Positions 49,801 to 62,110 of a DNA stretch of 64,000 bases are shown piece after piece (within the stretch, counting starts at the first letter, position 1; every line of letters begins with the position of its first letter). The notes beneath the pieces are model-generated. The model saw only the letters and a list, made by a program, of their open reading frames with translations. It was not told the DNA's origin and ran no database searches. Source of the DNA: Cystobasidiomycetes sp. EMM_F5 (Eukaryota). Where the stretch lies: positions 310,001 to 374,000 of the forward strand of contig JBPGPT010000013.1 of the NCBI GenBank assembly GCA_051047955.1, given 5' to 3'. A program made the position numbers and the translations under genes.

Positions 49801-52800
49801 GGGATATCGTGAGGCTCATTTTGGCCTTCACTATAGCTAACGGATCGCGACGAGCTTCGTGAACGCCTTGGGTAAAGTGCGTTATCTATGGTCGGCATAT
49901 TAATTTGCGTGTGAGACGCATTTGATAGCTGTCTAGCATTCTCGAGCCTCTGAGCTTTCGCTACAGCATGTTCGTCGCCGCCCACTGCAGCAAGAGCTGA
50001 TGAGCGGCTCCTATGCTCAGACACAGCAGGAGGCAATCGGAATCTCCTCAATGAAGCAGATACAGTGCTCTTTCGGACGCCCTTGACTTTTCTCGCGGGC
50101 TGCGAGTTGGATGTCGCGATGCCGGACTTTTGAGAGCCGGCTGCCGAATCTTGCTTACTCTGACTCATGATCGCAGGTACCTCTCGTGGGAGAGGCACTT
50201 CGGCTGCAGTCTCAAAGTTATGTGTGTCCTCGTCCTGGAGTTGTCGGTTATTGTCAAAGCTAGAGTGTCCGTCCTCTTCCGCTACCTCAGGCATATCGTA
50301 GTCCGAAATAACTTTCGTGACAGAGTTTGGCTGTTCATCTTCTGACGTACGCTTGATGAGGTCTCCTGCGATGAAGGGAGGGGGCAGCGAGGCATCGTCG
50401 TCGCTATATCTCTCGGACGGTCGCGTTGCCGGCTCCCCTCTATCCGCTTTTGCATTGATTGACCGCGAACGACGGCCCACTGCCAGCAGCATGGTCGACA
50501 GACTGTTGGGAGAATGAGACACCACCTCGTCTCCCTCCTGCTCATCGGCTTTGTCCAGGACCATAGGAGAGATTTGCGTGACTCGGTGGTCAACCCCATC
50601 AGTCACAGTATTGATCTGCGACCGGCGCAACTGCTCTTCGTCTCTCGGCGATCTCGCACGGCTCTTTCCTTTCCTGCCAGCTGACGGTCGCGGGCTTTCG
50701 TTGATCTCACTCGCTTGCTCGTCTGGATGTACCAGCTTATTTTGGGCAAGTAGAGGCGGATCTCGTCCGCCTCGCGCAGCTTTGGAGGATCGACCGGAGT
50801 GAGCGTAGACATTCGACGCGTTCACGCTTGTATCCGCCTCTTCGTCAACATACCAATCAGGCTCTCGGTGCCTGAATGCACTGTCAAGTTCTTCGATAAT
50901 TGCGCGCTGCTCATCGGATTCGGAAGTACTCGGCTCCGGTATCCGAGCCTTGACCTCCAAAGTGTCTTCGTGTATTGCACCTGCGTCAGCAGCGCATGCT
51001 AAAACTCAGCGGGCTTTTGGTTCCGAGATCATAAACTTACCCTGCGCATTTCTGGCCCGAGCTCTAGCCTTGGTACTGGTAGCTTTTCGCAAGATAGAAG
51101 AGTCATACAAATTGTCATTGTCTTGCTCGCCACCGATGATTCGCCCTTGAACACTAGGGTCGGAATTCGGTCTGGACTTATGAGCCGATTTCTAAATTGT
51201 TCATCAGCAAAACAGTCGAGATATGTTTGTCAGCTTTGTCTAGATTGTACGACTTACTGTGCTGGGTACAAAATAGCTGCTTTTGGCTACCGCAACTTCG
51301 TCATCGTCAGACAAGTCCCCACGGGATGGTCTGCCTTTTCTGCAAGCCGAGGACGGCCTTGACGCTGGGCTTTGTACAGTAGGAGCTCTCCCTTCCGACA
51401 CCCGACGCCGCTTAGACTGTCTTTCAGCCTCCTTCGATATCCGCCGTTTAGTCGACCCCGCCCTTTGCGAAATTGATCCATTTACATCACTATTTTGTTT
51501 GATTCCAAGCGTTCGTTCAGATGTTGAAGCTACCGCAGACGACGTAGTATGACCACATTTGGTAATAGAGCTGGTATCAGCAAAAGCAGCTTCGGCACGC
51601 TCCGCTTTTTCCGCCTTAAGCAGCTTTGCCTGCTTCTCACGTTCATTGCGAACTGCCTGGAGTTCTCGCTCCGCATCTTCAATTTCCAGTCGCATGGCCT
51701 CCAGTTCTTGCCTGTGCTGCTTTGCCAAATCATCCGACTGACTCTTACGCCGATTCTGCCTTCGTGCCTCGCGTTCGATCTCCGCTTGCTGCGCCTTTAT
51801 CTCGTCTTCCTTCGCATCCAGCCGATCTTGTTTTGCTGCCACCTCTTGCCGCTTCGCTGCTAGTTCTTCGCGAACGGCTTCGAAGCGCTGTCGCTCGTTT
51901 GCCAATCGATCTGCTTCGAGGCGCAAACGGGCCGTCTCTACAGCGAACTCTGCTCGAGCACGGGCTGCTTCAGCCTGCCGCTCCTGCGCCAAGTCTTCCT
52001 GTGCGCGTCGCGGAGCGTCCATCTCGGCAGCAGAAGCGCCCCGCTTGGTTGCCTTGCCAGCCTTGCGGAGAAGAACAAGTGTATCATGAGAGACGGCGCC
52101 TGCGTCACGCTGCGGGGAATTTGCATGACCGTTCGTGTGTGCTTGTCCTCGTACAGCTGAACGCGGGGGTGCCAAGACGGGTTTGGAGGTTGAAGCTACG
52201 ACTTCTTCTTCGATGTCATCGTGCTCGCTTGTGTACGCGCTTGCAAGCTCATCATCGCTGTCGTGCGCTCCTGCTCCCGGGCTCTGCAACTCCGGCTGCA
52301 ACAACGGGCGAGCTCGTTCCGAGCCGTCTGATTGCTCAGCATACGGACGTCTACTCGGCCGATCCCGGGTAGCAGATTTTGTAATAGACTTTGTTCTGCT
52401 TATGCCAGACTTTCGCCGGCTGCTCTTGTCGGACCCCGGACTAACTTTTGCTGCTGAGCTTTGCTTTTTCGCAAAGGATGGCCGAGATGATGGACGGGTA
52501 GCTTTGTGTGCGATATTCTTGGGTTTTGATCGAGCGTCTTGCGATTCTTCGTCACTCGAAGGCGGGGCAAAAATGGACCTTTCTGATTTCCGCTTTCTCT
52601 GCGATGACTCATCTGCAGAGTCGTACTCGCGCTGACGTGACCCTCCCACCTTTGTGCCTGGCTTTGAGGCGGCCTTGTCTGAGTTCGGTTTTGTTGACCG
52701 CGAGACAGAGATATCTTGCTCGTCTAGAAATGGTCTGCGCTTGCTGAATTTTGAAGTCGTGGCTTCATTGAGGTCTTCCAGAGCGGCTATTGATTTTCTC

Positions 52801-53361
52801 TGTTTTACCTGTACTTTAGCCTCCTCACCGGAAGAGTCGGAGACATCCACTGCTTGGGCGCTTTGCAGCGCCTTCTTGCTTGCGGCTGGCCTGATTGTAA
52901 TCGACTCGTCCTTTGCTCTAGGTTTGCGTTCGTTATCAGACACCGAGGCTCTCCGCTTACTCCTCTTGGCGGCGTCGCTGGTCCTCGAAGAGCCCTTGCC
53001 CTTTGCGTTACGGCTCCGGTACTCTGAACGTGAGCGGTCTGCTTTCGTAGCCTGCGAGGTTACATATCTATTAGCGTACCATGTCAAAGCTCAGACGGCT
53101 CATCAAAGCACGCACGACCAAAGAGCCAACGGTGACCACATCGCTCGCAGCGCTGTTGCCCTCTGCGTCGCTTTCCACCTTCATGCTCCGCTCCTGCTTA
53201 AACGCCCTAGACAGCTCAGCATTTGGCAGCGCTTTCGCTTTCTTGTCGTCGATTTCGCTGCCATTGTCAGTATCGCTGTTCCCGGACCCATTATCAGACG
53301 ACGACGAGGTTTGAAGTCTGCGTTTCCTCGCTGCCGACGGTCTCGTTGGTCTTGAAGACAT
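46896..53361 (-). CDS. ~2,000-aa protein: long low-complexity/coiled-coil region plus C-terminal DCN1-like (PONY/cullin-binding) domain
   Basis: Nine exons: 53116-53361, 51258-53051, 51041-51191, 49518-50980, 47838-49464, 47699-47778, 47555-47646, 47208-47496 and 46896-47150. All introns are GT-AG and join in frame. The C-terminus has IGEEGVSKLFGDDL, LLLAWRL, YRSFWSFCF, LWRVIL, TRDVWDRILDF and GAWPDIVEQY. Confidence 0.75.
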
Positions 53362-53577
53362 GGCTGTGTTGAACTGAAGTCGATGTTTGTGCAGCTATTT
53401 CATGGTTGTCGCGGTCAAAAGAAGAGAAGGTCCATATGGCTTCTGATCAAGTCTCAATCGCGCAAAGTACTGACACGACTGACTTTGACACGCTCACAAC
53501 GATTGGCATTGATATATCGTATATGAGCTGAGCTGTGACGAGTCTCAGTCTTCCCGTTTCCCGCTTGTCCGTCAAAG

Positions 53578-54634
53578 ATGACCTCGTTACTCAAACCAAA
53601 CACACAAGCCTTTGCTCACTCCAGCCTACAATCTCTCCATGCAAGTCTACTGTGCCGTGTCTGCGGTGAGATGGTCGCCGACGAGTCCAGCCTCTCTGCG
53701 GCAGGTCAACAACGGAGCCTGGTCAGATTGACGTGGTGCGGGCACGCATTCCACCTGCCATGTCTTCAAGAGAGTCCTCAAAGCAACGTGTCTCTGTCCG
53801 AGAAACAGCTCAGCCAGCTCGAACACCTAGGCGCAGTATACCTGAGAAAGGCAGCATGTCCTATATCCGGCTGCGTGCCAGCAGAAGGTGGAGAAGGCAT
53901 CATTCTCGGCGTCGATGTTGGCGGAAAAGCGGTGTCCCAGCATTGGAGACAGGTCTGCGAGTCGCTCAAGCAATGGAATCCTCCTATGGTACGTCTATGA
54001 AAGCTGTGTGCACGGAGTCATCAATATCTGACAGTTTCTCTAGACGCAAGATATAAAACCATCTCCTGACCCCACAAAGGAACTCGATACATCTGCTACC
54101 GAGATCAAGCAGATTCGGCCTCCTGCTGCAGTCTCTCAAAGAGGACACAGCACTGCAGTACAAATCAGGGCAGAGCACGAAGAGCAGCCCGGTGGCATCA
54201 AGTGGTCGCGAACATCCCATGAAGATGGGCAGGACAGAGTATTCAAGCGTCCACGGCTTCCTACGAGCAAAGGTCAAACAGTCGAAAATGTGAGAGATTC
54301 GGGTGATCTGGACAATCGCGATGCAGAAATTGTGTCGCTAGACGATGAAGTCGCCGATTCAGACCCTGAAGAAGAGGAAGATACTCTGAGACACCTCTTC
54401 AGCGCCAGCCAGGCTTTGAAATCTGATCAATGGGAGAGTGCTCCAGTCGCAAGCCAAGAAGGTGAAGCAGACAATGATCATGCTGGTACTGGCGGTGAGG
54501 AAATGGCAGTAACAAAGGATACAAATCCCGAGGAGGACATTCCGCTGTGGGCCCGAGGCTGGAGCCCTATCGACGAATATGGCGCTCCGCCGAACAGTCA
54601 ATTCGATCTCATGCGGCGGGAAGTCAGAACCTGA
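53578..54634 (+). CDS. RING-H2-type zinc-finger protein with acidic disordered tail (~333 aa)
   Basis: CRVC...CGHAFHLPC...CPISGC. Intron 53989-54043 joins in frame to an open exon 54044-54634. Confidence 0.72.
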
Positions 54635-55344
54635 CACAGCGCAGTATGTTGCGGTGGAACCGGATCATGCTTCGAACCAGTGCGCAAGATGTTCTCGTTG
54701 CGTTTTCATGATACGATACGGTGTAAGTCAATCTCTCACCGTTGTTTCATATCCTCAAGCCTCTCTACGTCCTTCGCATCAAACTCTTTTGGCTAAAGCT
54801 GCCTTCGTAAAGGTGTTCGGGGCTGAGATCCCAGGCACAGGCACGCTCACAAGCCCACCACTTTACGCGATCCCAAATGACAATGCAATCCACAACGTGC
54901 AGACTGTCGTGTGGTTAAACTGTGCTCTATAGTCACATCACCATACATACTCCGTGACCATACGTCTACGCTTCCCATACAGCCGCAATGGCGCACTTAT
55001 CGGAGCATCGCCACCAACGCGGAGAGCGGGGAGGGAGGCGGGTTAGATGAAGCTGTGTACGCGGAGGCGAGTCGGTATCCCTGAGCAAACACGACACGCG
55101 AGCATGCTTTGCAATTTACGATATAAGCCGGAATGCCGACGGATATACGCGCTGTCAGGCTGTTCACCTCATTGCCGGCAACGTGGATCCCACACTGCCA
55201 GCTTGCAGCGTCCTCCAGGGAACGAAGGTTATCACACATGCAGCGCAAGTATAAAATGGCTCTTCGAAACCCAGACGTTGCTTTCTTCGCGTCCATCATC
55301 GACAAGCACAATACAAACCAACACATACCTTGACCTCCACCAAG

Positions 55345-55969
55345 ATGAAGTTCAGCATCGCGCAGACTATGGCAGCAACGTGCGCTATTCTATCGAGTGT
55401 AGCTCTCGGTGCGCCTGCCGCGGACGCTTCCCTGATGAAGCGGGATGGACCATCCGGCCAAATCTACTTCCCCACCTACAATGTCAATGTCCGAGATGGT
55501 CTGTCCTTCCAGTATAAACCCGTCGAACAGATCGCTGGCGGATCTGGCCAGGTTACAAAGAGTGTCATCGTCAACTTGGTGCAAGACAGGACCATCGTCC
55601 CGCTTGGAAGCGCTCCATTCGTATTCGTGAGCTAGGCTGGTTCACGAGATCAAGCTCTTTCAGAGATTTATCAGTCTCTCTACAGCCAAACTACTACAAC
55701 GGACCCAACACTCTCTCGTGGCCAATGTCCTCGCAGACGCGCCAAGGTAGGCATTGTTGACAGTATATGTTGCCGTTCGCACCGCTGATAGGAAAGTGTG
55801 CTAGGCTTCAAGTGCGGAGACTGGGCTGTCCAAGTCACCGAGGAGCAAGAAGGCTCAATTTACACTGGCACCTGTATGTTCAAGATTAATCTCACTGTTC
55901 CAAATGAGACTGACACGACATTGATCAGTCCTCGCAGCCGCACCAACTGTTACATTCGCCGGATGCTAG
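55345..55969 (+). CDS. Small secreted protein of unknown function (signal peptide, Kex2-like KR site), 4 exons
   Basis: MKFSIAQTMAATCAILSSVALGAPAADASLMKR. TATAAAA near 55250. Spliced to end ...LAAAPTVTFAGC*. Confidence 0.65.
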
Positions 55970-56552
55970 ACATGAACTTATGCCGTTTGTCGAGGATCTG
56001 ATGTCTGGACGACCGGTATAGACTGCTATACTACGACCCAGATATGTCCTGTATGATGCGTGAATGAATCTTCCGTGCAAACGCATCCGGTCTTTCCCAA
56101 GAGTTGGGATCTGCGTAAATACGCTTCTTACTGATACTATGCGCGCTTAGCACTACTAAAGAGCCTCGCCGTCAGTTATTGGACGTCATTGCCCACAACA
56201 CAGCCAAGCTCTTTACCGACCTTGATCAGGTACATAATTTGTCCAAGCCCTCCAAGCCAGCACGACTTTACTAATACTGCACCGAAGAAGCACTTCTAAT
56301 GCTTCGCGCATCGTACCACAACTAAGTATACAGCTCTTCTGCATATGAGACGCACAGCACAAGTGTAATAATTGGTTCCAGATTACGAATTAGCAGCTGG
56401 GCGGTCCACCCTTGGCACGCGTAAATGGAACGTTGTGGTACGGGTATAAAACGTACTCCTACGAGCTTTGATGGCTCTGCTTCTCTCTCTTCAGACAACC
56501 ACTCTCGTCCGCATTCACCCCATCTACGTAGACTTCCACCTATCCTGCAATA

Positions 56553-57287
56553 ATGAAATTCTCCACCGTCTTACTCTCCCTCGGCGCAGTCAGCGCAGCT
56601 ATGGCAGCTCCGATGAACGATGGCAAGAAGAGTGACTACAAGTCATACGAGATTTCTTCGTTCCCTTTCCACTTTACTTCAACATACTACGCCAACGCGT
56701 ACCCAGACCAGGTGTGAGTACTGTTAGATCAATCTACACCGAACTTACAGTACTAAACATGTATGTGTGCTTGTTCGGCTTGTCGCTCACTTCGCGCCCG
56801 AATATCAGTGTCAATAACAGCAATGTCTACATTCCAGGCGAGAAAGGCGCCGTTGGATATTATTCCTTCGGTATCAACAGCAAGGAGGACGTCATCTGCT
56901 TCAACATCACGCGCGTTCACATCCTTTATGCCTTATGGACTCTGTCTGATGATTCTGCATGTTCACAGGCTTCTCGGCGTGACCGGAGCCTACCAATCTC
57001 CGGCGAAGACAGCGACACACGTTCATGAAGCACCGAAAGGTCGTGCAGGACCTCCGCGCATTGCCTTCCCGAACCCTACCGGTGATGGTTACAAGCGGAC
57101 CTCATACGGCTGCCTCCAAGGTCCATTCACCACGGGAATTTTGGCAAACGGAGTCGATACTGGATCTGGCTTCAAAGTTTCTCAGATCGAAGCCAATCCG
57201 TCCGGTTTCTTTGCAGATGTACATACTACCAAGTTTGTTGCGGGTGCAGTACGAGGTCAGTTGGAGAAGTTGGAGAAGAAATGGTAA
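56553..57287 (+). CDS. Secreted CHRD-domain protein
   Basis: Signal peptide, DVICFNIT|LLGVTGAYQSPAKTATHVHEAPKGRAGPPRIAFPNP and FFADVHT...GAVRGQL. TATAAAA near 56445. Intron 2 is GC-AG. Confidence 0.85.
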
Positions 57288-57453
57288 ATTCGCGAAAAAG
57301 CAATCTCTTCGGCTCAAATTAGCATGGTAAAAGTATCAGATCGTTAATCATCAAATAACAAGGACTCTTTCGCGCTTTATAGTAGCCGATAATACCAAAA
57401 AGTTTCGTATTTTACTGTTGCATGATTCGGGTGCCGCCTTTCGAGAGGAGACC

Positions 57454-59847
57454 ATGGCTGACTATGTCGACATTACCTCCTTGCTCCACGATGCCTGTGC
57501 GAGTCTTAAACACAACGAGCTCGTTCAGTCTACGTCTCTATCGCTGTATGAAGCGACGTCTGCCATCGAGATTGGTGAACCACGAATGGATGCCGGCGTG
57601 CAGCTGGACGATGAAGGGCCTGCGCTAGACCACGCTCGAGCATTGTTGCCTGAGGAAATATGCTGGATCATGGACACGATGCTGGCTGCTCAGGTTTGTA
57701 TAACGAAGAAGGCAATTATTTGTTACATCTGACGGCATTTCTGCGAGGTCTTCAGATGTCATGGCATCAAGGCTTCGCACTAGCTCAGAACGTTCTGACA
57801 TGTGCATACATACATGATCTGGACGGCTTATTCTCCGCAAACACCGCTTTTGCTAAATCTGCAGCATCACGAGACACCCCCAATTATCCTACCGAACTAA
57901 TGTCAAAAGTCCTGCGGGCCTATCTCCGCGGAGCCCTGAAGACGTGCGACATCGTCATGGAAGAGCTGCTGAAAGGACACGTTTATGATGTCGGTTCCTC
58001 TTGCTTCACTCGCAAGGATGCAAACCGTTAACAATGTTCACATAGAATGAAGACTTCATATCAGACAAGTCTGGCGCGTCTTTTTTGGAAGACGTCGATA
58101 TAGACACCGTGCTCGAGGAGCTGGAAGAGGCGAATGACTGGCTTATGGATTGGGAGGACGGTAGGTCTGCATACAGGTCGCTAGCAAATGTTCCTGATTA
58201 CATAGGTCCACGCAGAATTGGCTTACCAATGTCAAATACCGCTGATGACACGACTGAGTCTTCAGAAGGTATCAAAAGCCTTGCAGGCGTAAATTGTCCG
58301 CTGAGTTTGCGATAACAGGAACTACTGTGTATTGTGACCCTGTTCGCCCTGGAAGAGCCAATCCAGCACGCTGTACCACAACACTTGCAAACAGCCTATC
58401 AGTGTGTCGAATTTCTGGAAAGAGAACGACCCGCCGTCAAGACATTGATCAGCAAGAGCATTGTTCCCGGAGCTTTCGACCCGTTCCTTGCGAGAAAATT
58501 GGAATCAATGGCGCCACCTCGTCCTCATGTTCATCTGCCAAACCCCCTCGAGACCCGGGCCAGCGTGCTTACCCTACTCAAGGGATTACAAGGCGGCTTG
58601 GAGTTGTTGAAAGCACAGAATTGGGATGACATCGAAGCCCACTTTGTTCGACAAGCTAAGCAGCCAACGCCCGTGATGCCATATATACGATCGCTGCACC
58701 AGGTGAGAATGCTGTCACTTTGATATCTCACTGTAGCGCTGATTGTCTGACCAGTCTCTGCTGTACAATGGACGCTTCGTCCTCAACAAGTATCCTTTAC
58801 AGTGGCTCGGAAAGGCATTCATACGATCTGCTATTGGCAATTGGAGCGATATGGACAGCAGCGAGCTGGAAACGCAAGCTGCGGTGGTCGAAACGGACTT
58901 CGCGTTTACTCAATATGCCCAAAATTTATCGGATGTCAGCAGCTTTGCAAAAGCCACATATCGTCGAGTGATGTGGCTGAATGTAAACTACAGACCATCG
59001 TAAATTACTTGGCTGGGCTGGGCAAAAATCGCCCTAAACAGTATCGGAAACTGGGCAAGAGCGTGGCAGAATGGCAAACCCACATAGACGAGGCGGCAAA
59101 ACATCTGCTTTCGATGGCACAGGCCAACACCTCATTCGCTGTAGGCGGTACGTAGTCTATCATGCAAATGTCCGCTGAGAAGCAAAGTCCCCGCAGAACA
59201 AGTCGTGCTGGGAAGCAATGCTAGTCGCAATTGCTCAATTGCAATCAACTATCATCATCGAAATCCTCTTCGCTGGCTTCGAGCTAGACTTATTTGCGCC
59301 TGGCGAGTTGCTGTCAATATACTGGTATTTAAGCCGGGTCGCCGGAGCAGCGCATCTCGCGTTGCAATCCAAAGGAAATTCCTGGCACGCCGAAAGGCAA
59401 AAGCATTGTAGGCGCACGGAAAAAATGGCGAGAGCTACTTTATATGTAGGCGCATACTATTCACTGCCCACCTTAGACTGACAGAGTGGGCAGGTGCTGG
59501 TTCTTGACTCAAACTTACAAAACATTCGTCAGCCGGATTCTACGTACTCGGAGCGACTTACTTACGAGCGTCGCTTCAAGTGGGCGCCCTCTGTGGGGAT
59601 TCTAGCCGCCAATTGGGACGATTACCAGACGGATGTGCAGGATTTGCGCGGCCGGACGGCCAATGACCTAACACGCGAAACAGTCCGTCTGTATGAGGAA
59701 GTTCTGAAGGCAGCCACAACCGATGAAGCAATTGCCCAAACTGCGAAGCAGAATCTTGCCGCACTCCGGCAGCGAGACTTTCGAGTGTCGTACAGCTCCA
59801 TCTCGGCATCGCCATCGCACCATTTCCCGCTTCTCAGTGCTGCATAA
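57454..59847 (+). CDS. MAK10: NatC N-terminal acetyltransferase auxiliary subunit Mak10/Naa35
   Basis: SLYEATSAIEIGEPRMDAG, MSWHQGFALAQNVLTCAY, GFELDLFAPGELLSIYWYL and YERRFKW. Nine exons. Confidence 0.9.
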
Positions 59848-59858
59848 CTTGGCGTACA

Positions 59859-62110
59859 CTACGTCACTCCATGTCCGGTCGGAACAGGGTTGATCTTGTT
59901 CTGTACGCCAATCATGGCACAAAATGCCTCCGTCTGTGGATTCGTATACCACGGGCCTGTGTAACCGCCTGTCCTTAGCGGATGATCCTTTCAGATACGC
60001 AATAGCGACTGACCTGGACTATGTCGATCATCGCCACCTGGCTGGCCTACGCAGGGAGCAGTCTGCTGAAAATGCAGCACGCTTGCAATCTCAGCTTGAC
60101 CATTAGACGGTGCATTCTGCTGTATCCATTGCAGCTCCTTGTCGATCATCGCCTTGCATATCGCTGGGTTGGCGGGTAGAGCAGGCTGCGATACGTTCAG
60201 GGACAGCAGAGGATGGAAAGCGCGTGTGATTGCCAGCCACACCGGATCAAACGTCAGCTTAGGAGGAGACGCCGACTCTGTCGTAGATATAGGAATGTCC
60301 AGGATCTGTGGATTATAGCATGAACCTGAGCATCGAATCATAAAAAGGCATTATATGACATACCTGTAGGAAATTCTGGCCAGGCAAGCATTTACTTAGC
60401 GCCAAGAATTTCGTTGCTTTGCATTCGATATTCATTGTGAAGCTCGGGATGACAGCTTTTTCAGCGAGTGTCGACGCAGAATTCGAGGGTTCTTCAAAGT
60501 CCTCCTCGTCCGACATTCGGATTGCATCCGGATTCTCTGTATGTACAGACTCGCCAGCTATCTCCAGCACTGTGACAGACTCGTCTACTGTATCTGTAGG
60601 CATATTGTCGGCTGTTCCGGCTGGCGCGTCGGGCTGACCGACAATATCTTGCTCGTCATCACTAATGGCAATCTCGTCTGCATTCTTCACGGGAGGTTCA
60701 ATTTGTGCAGGTGCATTTGCATCTTCAAGGTCCTCATCGTCGATAGCTAGCTCATCAGGATTCTGCTCCGCCGCCGATTCTGATGTGACAGCTTTATCAC
60801 CGTCTGCAGGTAGTTTAGGCCATCCAGTATCACGTTTCCGATGCCCATTCTGCTGAGGTGTAGCCAAAGCGGCTCTAGTCCCGTTCAGCAGCGTCGCTTG
60901 AGCATCGTGCTTGAACAGCGCTGCAAACTTGACGTGGAGATGCGCTGAAAACCAGTATGCCGGCCTAAGCGTCTCAAGCAAGGTACGCAGCGGCGGTGAA
61001 CCGAGCGTTCCGGAATTGACCTGTACTCGTCGGGATATCAAGAGTGTGATGGCAGAACACTGATGTGACTAACCTCGTCACGAAAGTAGGGCTTGTATCG
61101 CAGCAGGCCAGCTGTATCACCGTATTTCTCAATCTCGTTCGGCCAATCATGAGACAGGACGATTGTTGGCCACGCGCCTAGTAATGCTAGCTGTGTAATG
61201 TGTATGCAGCTTCAGTACGTCACCTGCGTATACGAGAACGTATGCGCACCTTGGAGAGCCTGTCAATATCGTATTGTCGCGTGTGATATACGCTTCGTAG
61301 AGTAGATCGGTCGTACGGCATGCGCTCGAAGCGTCCTGGCATCAACCATCAGCAATGTTAACACATGAACCTTACACCTCATTCACCTTTACGATAGTCT
61401 AGACCCTTGTAGATACCACTAGCTCCGGATATTCGCATGCCATTCACCAGCACGGACCCGGCAGCGCCCAGGTAATAGATTTTTGGAGCAAACCATCCAC
61501 CATGAAATCTATAAAACCCCATCAATGCGTGTCTTTATTGTCGAGGGGGAAGTGTATCTACAATTCCCAGTTGTAATTGCTTGCTTCGTGGTTCCCTCCA
61601 ATGACAATGGTTAGCATTGGCGCGACCTTCTCTCCGGAATAGTAGCTGCAGCGATATCCTATCAGTTGACAGTAAGACCTAGTCTCTGCCATTGTTCATT
61701 CTCACCGATGAAAGTCTGCCAGATGGCGATACTTTTCCGGGACGGCCATAGAATGGAGGTCCGAGTGATTCCGTATAGCCTGTGAATGCATCATGGCCGT
61801 GCCTCAGTCCATACTGTAAATGATGGTAACCTGGGTCGTCTGCCTGTGACGCACCTCAAAGTCACCACATATCAATAGGAGCTCCACTGGCAGTCCATCG
61901 ACCTGCTCCGCTTCCTTGATGGTAGCATAGATCTGCAAGGTATTGATTACAACGCCAGGCAGTCAGTACAATCTTTCCAGCTCGCCGTTCTTTCCCAGAC
62001 TTGCATTGTCGAGGTCGCCGTGCCCGCAGCCTTCGACGGCAACCTGGAGAGCTGTCGTGTCAGCATTCTGCAGCGTAGAGTAAACACAGCAGTCCATATC
62101 GCACACGCAT
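59859..62110 (-). CDS. DBR1: RNA lariat debranching enzyme Dbr1
   Basis: [61 protein letters not shown] and NPQTEAFC. Confidence 0.94.

Noticed and set aside
51626..53355. Long plus-strand ORFs (248 and 233 aa) and similar antisense ORFs throughout
   Set aside because: They are shadow ORFs opposite low-complexity coding exons and carry no domains.
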